20,000 nucleotides of DNA from Vermamoeba vermiformis (taxonomy: Eukaryota): the NCBI GenBank assembly GCA_045837725.1, contig JBEWZL010000136.1, positions 184,857 through 204,856 of the forward strand, read 5' to 3'. A program made the translations under genes and the position numbers. Under the pieces are notes generated by a model. That model made no database searches. It was not told the DNA's origin and saw only the letters and a list, made by a program, of their open reading frames with translations. Positions 1-9,584 of the stretch are shown one piece after another. Each line of letters opens with the position of its first letter. Within the stretch, counting starts at the first letter, position 1.

Positions 1-2922
1 CCCAAAATTACTTATCTCCTTCCACAAACTCCATGGTTTTATCTGCAAAAATAGAGTAAATGATTGCAAAAAAGGGAAGCAACTTGTTACCTTCAAGTGA
101 TTTACAGCAACATTTTGACATTGTATGCAGAGCACTTTGGTAACAGAATACCTGTCATCCTTCTTTGTAAATAGTGGCACCATAACATCAGCAAAGGAGA
201 CTTTCTGTTTGTTGATATAAATGGCAGGATTTTTTTCGAAATCATTCAGGCTGTGGTCTTGCGTAACCTCCTTCCCTTGCACAACTCCACTCAGGGAAAT
301 CTATGCCATTGTGTTAATTCAAAACATTGTCAAGTAGTTACGCACATAATACTGAGGGTCTGCCCATGAAATGATGCTTGATAATTGTACAAATTGGCCT
401 GGATTGGCGACAAGTCTATAACGTGCCCACAAGGAAGCAGCTGTTGCATATTCCAAATCATTTTCTTGCTCTATCATATCAGTGCTCATGGTGGAAGTTC
501 CAATAATATGTAATAATGTGATTGGGAAGGAGTCAGGATGCATACTTGACAGCAAATCAATCTTGTATGTCTTAAAAATAATGTGAGTTGATTGACTTTT
601 TGCAATAACTGTACCTCAAATAGATTCAATGTGAAAGGCATTGTGTATGATCTTGTGGTAATCGATGTTGGAGTTTCTGATTTTGTGAAGTTAAAGGGCA
701 AAAGAATGCCAGCTGCCTCCAAGTCTGCATAACTCAGCTTCTTTCCTTCTGTCCTGCAATTAAACAATTGAGCTCTCTTTTCTTGTGAAGAAATGCTTTG
801 AGAAGGTACATACGTAAGAATTATTGTTGTGGGATCTTTTTCTAAGCATAAACTTGCAGCAACAATAATTTTTTGCCATTCTTGAGGATCAATCTTGTAG
901 TAGTCTGTTCCAACGTCTAACTCCATCATATTTGGGTAAAAATAACATGTGATTTGTGCACTCAAACTTGCCAAAATCTCTGTGCTTTGACTGTGTGAAA
1001 TACTTCCACTTTGCAACTCTTGCCTGTATCTGTGCATTGCAGTGAATAGAAATTCAATGGCTCGTGGAATACCAAAGGTCTTAATCCAAAGAGAATTGAT
1101 AATTTTACGAGAGTCTGCTGGCAGTACAGAGCTGGCTGGTTTAGAGTTTTGTAAGTAATGTTTGCCAAGGACAGATGAACATAGATCATCAAGATAGTCA
1201 AGTTTCAAGAGTGGATCCAAAGGCAAATTCACCCTTAAATAGGCAATTGAAGGGTCCTGCAATTCATGTAGTGGCCCAGATTTCAACCCAACCTGACGTC
1301 ATATGAGTTATCAGTTATTAAATAAAACCATACTTACCATTAATAACAAGGTGCAATCTGTTTTCTCGATGAATTCTTTATAAACAAAGTATGCAAGATT
1401 GCGATCCTGCTGCTTAATGTCTGTGAAACTCTAGGAAAGATTGTTAGCAAATCCTTGGGTTCAGAATTTCCTTACTTGACATTCATCAATATTCAGCAAT
1501 GTGATGGGTCTATCAGAAAGTTTAACATCCTTAAACACAGGTTTGTATGGAATCTGATCTTTTCCTACTTGATAGAATTTCCATAGTGATGTAAGTCTTG
1601 ACCCTGCATTTACAGCTGCAATCCAGTCCTCAGCAGTTGTTTCATCCACATTAATGCTTTGGCTTTTGATCGTTACTGTTGATAATTGATCTCCAATTGC
1701 CCTTGTTAACATTCTTTCACAAATTACTGCTGGAGTGAAAGACGTGTTGTATTGAGCAGCTGACGTGGATATAACTCGAACTTGAATGAGAGTTTTGTGT
1801 AGTTGTGCTAGAAATTCAAGTCGCTTTTCAATGTCCTGTAATTTGCTGTGCTCAAAGTTGTATTTTTGAGTAAACAATTGCTTTCTTTCCACTTTTGTTA
1901 AATCTATCCACTCTAACTCAATTTCTTCAACATTTTGTTTGCCAAGCAGAAATGACACCATAACATTTGGCAAGTGAAACACTCTTATGGCCCATTCAAG
2001 AGCCAATCTTGTTTTACCAAATCCTGGTGAAGTCACTGCTATTGTGTGCATTGGCTTTGAACATGCACCAGTGTAGTTATTATAACAGTCGTTAAGCAGG
2101 CTGAATATTGCTGTCTGATGGTTGTAAAAGGGTGGGTGGGATAGGCCTTGCCATGTACTGAGCCATAGAGTGCCCATGGGAACAAAGAAGGTAAATCGGT
2201 TGTCTCTGTGCTCCACTTTTGGTTTGTCCATTATTGCTTGTAACACATTTAATGCTCTTTGCACTTCTTCTGGGGGTGCGGTGTTGTATAGCCCATGCAA
2301 AATTCGAACCTTGGAATCTGCAGACAATTACTATACATTCAATAAATTGTTGTATTGCCTACCAGGGGATTTTTCTGCGTTCTTCTGTTGCTCTGTAATA
2401 GTAAACGTTAGTTGCAATTTGTTTTAACATAAAAAAATTTACTAAACAACAGAAAACTGCCAACGTTTTAGTTATAATAAAAATGGTAATACAATCGTTG
2501 ATTGTAATAAGAATACTACATACCTGGTTCCTTTGGAAGTCTCGACTTCTTCAGCTTTTCGATCTCAGCCCACAACGTTTGCAGAGCTGATTTCGAGATC
2601 TGCTTCTGCTTTAGTTCTTCTTCAAAATCACCAAAGAGGTCCTCGACTTTTTGGTAAGCAAGAAGCGACTTTCCAGAAACCTCTGCTTCGATCAGAATTT
2701 TGGCACTTTTTTCGGAAAACTTCAAGACTTTTCGTGCCCAATCAGCCACTTCTTCCCTTGTCCATGTTGCGTCTGGCTCAGTCACCTTATTTGTGCCTGA
2801 GCTCAAATTATTAATCAGTCAATATTTGCAGTTCGATTAAATCGGAAATGAAATAAAAATTAACACCTTTGGCAATTAATTAAAATCGATCAATTACCGG
2901 TAATTTGGTCATTTTTCTCCAT
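1..2922 (-). CDS. Crinkler/RHS (CR)-like protein: N-terminal SAM domain + P-loop NTPase + C-terminal PD-(D/E)xK-like endonuclease fold; 3' end beyond the window
   Basis: Phase-consistent exons 2922-2898, 2796-2524, 2392-2363, 2317-1476, 1430-1338, 1292-615, 570-346, 300-91, 42-<1, all with GT..AG introns. SAM signature WTREEVADWA...EAEVSGKSLL...LQTLWAEIEKL. Walker A TSPGFGKT (~2010-2033). Walker B LLNIDECQ (~1476-1499). REase-like IYIN...SFADVMV...VLCIQCQ in exon 91-300. Confidence 0.75.
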
Positions 2923-3361
2923 GTTTATAGTTTCTCGTTTAACTCTGCTTGAATTGCTATTTCAATTTTGTTAAATTAGTTCACTATCCTTTAAATAGGT
3001 TCGCTTAGCTTACTACTAACTGTGTTGCGTCCTATGCAAGTTGTTGCTAGGACCTAAGTTGTTGCTTTTGTTGCAAAACCGCGTTACACTTGTGGTCGTG
3101 GTTAATGGAATTAAATAAAAGCAGATCGTTCACAAAATCGGTTTTTCTCTTGAGATCACTAGCGAACAGTGCGGCATTATTTTAAACGAAATACCAACCA
3201 CTACTTGAACATTTTGCTATCGCCTATTCAGCGGCAGGTAGATGAAAGAACGAGATGTGCGGTGGATGTGACAGAACTCGGATCAATTATGAGTAACAGT
3301 AAAATGTACATATTTACATTCAAGGACAAGTTATTATTTACATGTAAACGTTATTATTATG

Positions 3362-5353
3362 CTAGTAGTTATTGACAGGACTATTATAAGATTGACTGGT
3401 CATATTTGGCGGACTTGCCTGATTAGGCGAACTAATTGAAACAACTTCGCCATTATTCGCTTCTCGCCTTCGCTTGAGCTCCGCGTACATGCGCATGAAA
3501 CACTTTTCAAGTTGTCTGTCGGTCATCGAAGTCATGTCAAGTTCCACGGCTGGCACAGGATTGGTCACTTCCGGCACTTTAACAATTACAGGCTGAGCAG
3601 CGGCAGCAGCAACTTTAGCAAGTTCTTCTTGTTGTTGCTTGCGCAGTGCTTCTTCTGCCTCGAGCTTCTTCGCCAGTTCATCGACTTGTTGCTTCAAAGT
3701 CTGTGCTTCGGCCTCTTTTTGTTTGCGCGCCTGTCGCTCATTTTTCCGCTGTTTCTCCGTGCGATCAAGACATTCTAGCAACACAAATTAAGGTTTTACC
3801 ACAAAAATGATAATATTTTGCTTCCACTTACGTGCCAACTCGCCGTTCTTCGACGTCAAAGTGTCAACCTCTTGTTCGACTTTCTTCAACCTGGCTACAT
3901 CTTCCTCACGTTCTAGTCTCGCAGCCTCGAGCTTGTTCATCAAAAAGATGTTCATCTCTTGCAACCTCTCGATCGCTCCGTTGTTCGCACCGTGGTACTG
4001 ACCAGAGTTCGAGTTGAAATTGTTGACTTCATTCGCGGGGACTACATGCGTGTTCGTGTTGACAGGGACCATGGCCGTACTCTGTGCCTCAAGGGCTTGT
4101 TGAATAGCTTCTTCTTTCTATAGGTACGAGGTTAGATCTGGCTACGTGAAGCACGTGCACTTCAGGACTTACTTGCTGCTTCAACTGCTCGATCTCATTC
4201 TTCAATTGATCTATCTCTTGTACTAGTGCCGCAGAGTTATCAATTTGTTGCTGTTGATTGGTCGCGTTGCTAGTATTGGCCGCAGCCTCTTCCGCGATCT
4301 TCTTGTAATCGTTGTTGGCCTTTCGCAACAAGGCTTTCAGCTACTCGTATCGATTAGTCCACATAATCACTCAGAATATTGCGTTCAAAGAATTGTTACC
4401 TTTGAGATTTCAATTTTTAGACCTTGAACCTCATCCACGCTCGGCTGCGAACTCGATCCAACGTTCATGGACACAGTAGCCTGCGAGGACTGGCTCGAAT
4501 ACGGCGTTGTATTAGGCGTGTATCCTTGAGTACTTGGTTGGCTCGAGACAATTAAACTGGCACCAGAAGCAGAGCCAGATCGAGTGACCGGTGAAGGCTG
4601 GGAAAACGAATGCGGTTCGGGTTCGGAGTACGGCTGCGTCTCTGGCTGCGAAAGACTTATTGGCTCCACTAACTTGTTGGGGGTGGACAAAACAGGTTGT
4701 GACGCAGACCTATTGAAGTTCGCGTTCGCTGGAGAAACAGATTGAGGATTTGGCTGGACGGATGCAGGGGAACGTTGGGGCTGAGGAGCACTAGGACCAT
4801 TTGTGCTCGTGTTCGTTGGATTATTTTTCGGCGGAGAGGATGTTATGGGACCAATAGTTGAATGGGTAACGTGGTTGTAAGTAGTCCGTTGAATCTTGGA
4901 TGGAGGTTGTTCTGCAGGTGGCTGCTGCTCGTCTCGTGGTCTTTTAGTTACTTGATCATATTTAGGCGTCGTGTTTGCTGGCTGCAGCTTCGTAGGAGTC
5001 GAGTAAGTGAATTGCTGGTTTTGATCAACTTTTAGAGGAGATGGAGTGGTGTTTTGGTTTCTATCTGGTGTGTTTTCGTATAATAATGCTCTTTGAGTTG
5101 GTGGTGCTCGTGAAGGCACTTGAATTTCAATTGGGCCAGAGGATTCGGTTTGGAGTCTTTTTGTTGGTGAATCCCGTGAATTATAACGAGATAATAGAGG
5201 ATCGGGACGTTTTTTAATACCACTATTATTTATATCATTTTTGTTGAAGGGTTTTAGCGCACCAAATTGCGGGGCAAATTGATTTGGAGGAGCTGCGCGA
5301 TGCGCTTCCCTAAAATCCGTCTTTTGTAATACCACTCGCTGTGCGTGTGCCAT
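3362..5353 (-). CDS. Uncharacterised protein with an S/P/Q/N-rich disordered N-terminal half and a coiled-coil C-terminal half
   Basis: ATG at 5353. Exons approx. 5353-4400, 4340-4173, 4117-3832, 3774-3362 splice in frame (ISK|LKALLRK; LKQQ|KEEA; ELA-Q-CLDR). Heptad-like E/K/Q-rich segments. Stop TAG at 3364-3362. Confidence 0.75.
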
Positions 5354-6538
5354 TATTTTTAAATAAATACAAAAAATATATTACATCCAGCTGTGGTGTC
5401 TTAAATCAAAAGATTGCGTGAATAAAATAAAAAAAGTTGACACGAGAAATTCTGCGAACAAAAATTCGAATAAAAAAAGTGCGGGAAAATTGACATTGGC
5501 CACAAACACCCCAAATTGCGTTTATAATATTAAAAACACCAAGATCGTTAGTTTCAAGCAACCAATTGTTCGCTGAGCTCCCAAAGTTTTCAAGCGTCAT
5601 TGTCATCACGTGCTCCAGGCACTGGTTTGGCGACAGCACAGTCACTGAAATATTCGCCGCCTTGCTGTGCTACTTCAGGCGCAAGTGTACAATGCAACGT
5701 CGTCTATTTAACGAATTAGCAGGCCAAAGCTCAAGTCAATCTCGCTAAGTACGTACTTGAGCCCCTTGGTACGCGGTCTTGAAGTACAATCGGTTTAAAG
5801 TATAGAGCGGATATCGCAGTATAGCTGGTATATGTCGATTAAGATCCGTCATGACTACGTATTGACATTAATACGAGACAAGAATAAGCGATTGTTACCG
5901 GTACGTACTCATGCCAGGATGCAGGGACACAGCGATGATATTTTTGCCTTGTTCTTTCAATCTTCGATTCAATTCTCGCGCAAACAAGATATTCGCCATT
6001 TTGCTTTGACCATAAGACTTGACTCGGCTATATCCTTTCTCCCAGTTCAAATCCTCGAATTGAATTCTTTTCACGTACGAATGTGCGCTCGAAGCTACGA
6101 CGACAATACGGCCAGGCTCGTTGATTAAATTATTTTTAAGGAATAAATCTGTCAATAAGAAGTGCGCTAAGTGATTCACACCGAATTGAAGTTCAAATCC
6201 GTCTACGGTCTTTGAGTACGGCGGGATCTGTTCATGATGTTAGCGATGCAATGCCTATCAATAAAATCTTACCATAACACCCGCGTTCTCGATCAAAAAG
6301 TCAACTTTTCTGCCGTTAGTTCGTTTCTTGTATTCCTCGACGAAGTTTCTGACGCTCTTCAAACTGGCCAATTCGAGAATGAAATACTCAACGGATCCAT
6401 TCTCCGCTTTGATCTTTTCAGCTGTTTCCTTTCCTTTTGCATCATCTCGAACGGCTATATAATAATTAATAATATTTCATGTGTTCTGGGTCAATTGAGC
6501 TCACTTACTGAAGTACACATCCGCATTCAATTTTGCCA

Positions 6539-6770
6539 CACAGCAAAAAATAAATCCCATCCTATCCAAAATTTCAATCTGGATAAGGATTAAACCGCAC
6601 AGCGCTCCACCCCACAACAACGAATTTAGATGGCTTTTCGATTGCTCACGGACAATCAAGGAGCCTCTATCCAGTTGTAGTGAAACGAGCGTCGCAGCGG
6701 GCTGTAGTAAAAAGTGAAATTCTTATCCTATCCAAAAAACGAGTTTGGACGGGATTTATTTTTTGCTGTG
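6539..6770. mobile_element. 232-bp non-autonomous DNA transposon (MITE), CACTA/EnSpm (CMC)-like, inserted in an SDR coding exon
   Basis: Perfect 20-bp terminal inverted repeats CACAGCAAAAAATAAATCCC (6539-6558 / 6751-6770), extending to 24 bp with one mismatch. 2-bp target duplication CA (6537-6538 / 6771-6772). Removing the element and one CA restores ETAKYLAKLNADVYF. Subterminal ATCCTATCCAAAA repeats. Confidence 0.9.
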
Positions 6771-6827
6771 CAGATATTTTGCCGTCTCTAATCCAATACC
6801 AGTATTCGCGCCAGTAATTAGTGCTAC

Positions 6828-6873
6828 CTAAACATGATATTAGTTTAATTTATTAGTGCAATTGGGAACTTGC
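6828..6873 (-). other. GC-AG intron (46 nt) in the SDR gene
   Basis: AAG|GCAAGT...TTTAG|GTA joins DLTGK to VALITG, the canonical SDR N-terminal motif. Confidence 0.85.
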
Positions 6874-7281
6874 CTTGCCGGTAAGATCTGGTCGATGCTT
6901 GTTGACACCTCCAGCACAATGCTAATATAATGAACTCGTTAGATACTGGTAGACTAATATGATTATTATTACCTTTCGCAGAGCATATAATAGAGATCCT
7001 CCAATCAATGATGCGGTGGCTAATTTGCCAAAGTACGGAAGTTGCGTCCAATACTCGATGAGTTCTTCTTGCATTTTTTGGTGTTATTGGTCCTAATTGT
7101 TATGTAGCTTTGATCGATTATAAATAATTTAAATTTGAAAAAGATGTCATTGACGGAGAAAAGGCGAATCCGCGAACAAACGGTATACCCGAGGCATTAT
7201 TTCTCCTTGTGATTTTCTGACATTGCCGTTAATAATATTACGATATTCTTTACCATTAAAACCCGCTGTTATTTGCGGATT

Positions 7282-9360
7282 TTATTCGATTTTTTCAACT
7301 TGAAGAGCCAATCCGCCTCGCGGCCTTAAAGTGGCCATTTGTTCGACTTCAAATTGATATGACGGTGATAATTGGAGATTGAACTGCGAGCATAATTGTG
7401 CTATAACCAATTTGCCTTCCACGATTGAGAAATTATTGCCAAGGCAACTAAAAAATTTGACATCGTGTCAGATTTGGATCGAGCAACATCAAGCACTTAC
7501 ATTCGCCTTCCAACAGCAAATGGCATATAATAATCTGTTATGGCCTTCGATTTTTCATCTTTGAAGCGGTCCGGATCGAAAGTCTCGCTATTTGTCCAGA
7601 TTTTTTCGTTTCGCTGGATCGCGTACATCGAAATTAAGACCATTGACTAAAAAGTATAAAAAGGTTAATAAATACCCATATGTATTTAACAGCGTGCAAA
7701 AAGAATGATTTCTTACGTCTTTGGCAACAAAATAATCGCCAGGCATTTCATCGTCGTGGAGCGCTGTTCGAGCGATCATTGGCGCGGGAGGATACAATCT
7801 CAGACTTTCCTAATATGGAAATAATTGTAAGCCCGCCAACTTCAATCGTAGTATATACTTAGAACTTACTTTAATAACATTGCCGATGAGTTCTAGTCGC
7901 TGCAAGTCGTTGTAAACCAACGGAAACGAAACTGTTTTCAATTCTTCTCTAATTCGCGTTTGTATCGCTGGATTTGCAGCGATAAAATACAGTGTAAATG
8001 CTAGGAAATTAGCGGATGTTTCGTGTCCGGCCAATAAAAACGTCATAATATTATCTTTCAACTGGCAAAATAGTTTCGTTAGTTCATTCATTGTTCTATA
8101 ACTATTTAATATGATTACTTACTTCTTTCTCGTTAAGAGGGTCCATATTTGAATCATTTGTTAATAAATAGTGTAGCAGATCTTTCTTCACGCCGGTAGA
8201 TCTGAGTGTTTCGCGTCCATTATTTTCGTTTCGTCTCTTTTGAATAATTTCTTGTACCAAATCCTATAATAACATTACCACTATAGTCAATATTTGATAG
8301 GACTTACGTTGAGATTTTTAAAAGCTTTATTCAGAAGCCGATTAGATCTGACCGGGAGTAGTTGCCAAAATGGAACAAATCTTCGCCACGGACTTTCAAG
8401 CTCATTTAAAATGAATTGAAAGTCAGCTGCAAACGAATCAGTGCTGTCATGATCGACATCCATGTTGAACGCACAATTCGTAATTATTGAAAAAGTCAAC
8501 CTACGAACAATATTAATCCTTTTGCCTTATTAGGAAGTATGTTAATAATGGCACGAACTTAGTTAATTCTTTGTGGGCTTCGAGATTGAACGGAGATTTT
8601 TGTTGAGCCTTCGAGATCCAGTTCTTCTCGATCCATTTCTGCGTTACAGTGTTGATTATAGGAAACATTTCTATTATATTTCCCGAGACAAAGGCACGTG
8701 ACACAATATCTCGATGTCGCTTCCACGTGGCACCTTCACTCATCAGCACTGAGTCCTTTGCAAGATCCTGCAGAACACCACTTTCATCGCTCACTTTGGC
8801 ATAGCTGATATAGTGAGAGTTAGCATACAAGTCATATTGTTATTGTATTGGTAATGCTATTATGAGGTTGTTACAATACCTGTTAATATCTGCAGTGAGA
8901 ACGTGTTTTGCCACTTTTGGATCCGACACGAAAATGAGTTTTCGACCGAGGAAGTTTACTGCATAGATGTCCCCGTATGTATCAAAATATTTTAATATTA
9001 AATCCTTGCTCGTGGCATTAATCTAGAGAAAAGTTAAATCCGCTAAACGGTCAAGAGTCCATGATCGTACCTTATTAGCATCACCAAAAAATTTGTTTTT
9101 CAAATAATTCAGTAACCACACGAGAAAATATGGCCCAGGAATGCTTCTAAATTTTTTCTGATTTTTTTGAGGCCAAATCCGTGAGGCTAAAGGTCCACTC
9201 ACCTATTTAGCGATAAGTTACTCGTAGAATAATAAAAAATATTATTGCGCGCATTTATACTATTAAAGACCGAGATCAATTAAAGATCAAGACTTACTAA
9301 GTAGATAAACAGAAATGTCGCCGTATATTTCAGCAACAGCCAAATATCAGTACTATTCAT
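7282..9360 (-). CDS. Cytochrome P450 (membrane-anchored; CYP4-like I-helix signature)
   Basis: ATG at 9360. Hydrophobic N-terminal anchor followed by IPGP, TWKRHR (WxxxR), FLLAGHETSA (I-helix), ESLRLYPP (ExxR), FDPDRF (PERF) and PFAVGRRICLG (heme Cys, split by an intron). Exons splice in frame to TAA at 7284-7282. Confidence 0.95.
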
Positions 9361-9584
9361 GATTACGAGACTATGTGCTGCATACTTTGTTGTTGAAAAA
9401 GTAAACCGAACAAAAGCCCTCGTTTTTAACTTCCGCTTAATTAAGCGCAAAAATTATTAGTTTATGGATTTAATGAAGCCAATTGGCATTGGTCGATTTT
9501 GCTGAAATTTCCTTCGCGTTGTTTCTCGACAGTTATTACAGTGATAAATTGTGCTTTATTTTACAAGTTTGGTTGCTTGAAGGA

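Larger units (their letters stand above)
5554..7074 (-). pseudogene. Retinol dehydrogenase-like short-chain dehydrogenase/reductase (RDH11-14/WWOX-type SDR), disrupted allele
   Basis: Spliced product has VALITGANTGIGLETA (TGxxxGIG), LIENAGVM, DGFELQFGVNHLAHFLLT, YGQSK (YxxxK), LHPG, QGAQTTL and LWELSEQL. The exon after GIG is interrupted by a MITE (6539-6770) that gives an in-frame TAA. A second in-frame TGA at 5592-5590 precedes the conserved LWELSE tail. The presumed original stop is at 5556-5554. Confidence 0.85.

Noticed and set aside
486-620. Apparent frameshift between ORFs 486-1286 and 319-555
   Set aside because: Explained by a 44-nt GT-AG intron (614-571) that joins LFE to TYKIDLLSS in frame.
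5590-5592. TGA as evidence of an alternative genetic code or selenocysteine
   Set aside because: TGA serves as the normal stop elsewhere (5556-5554, 9587-9585), Trp is encoded by TGG, and the position is not a catalytic Cys site.
6234-6593. 119-aa plus-strand ORF running into the MITE
   Set aside because: It is the antisense shadow of SDR exons and has no transposase features.
6539-6770. Ciliate-type IES (programmed DNA elimination)
   Set aside because: Flanked by CA rather than TA, carries long TIRs, and nothing else in the window suggests a ciliate; an ordinary MITE is simpler.
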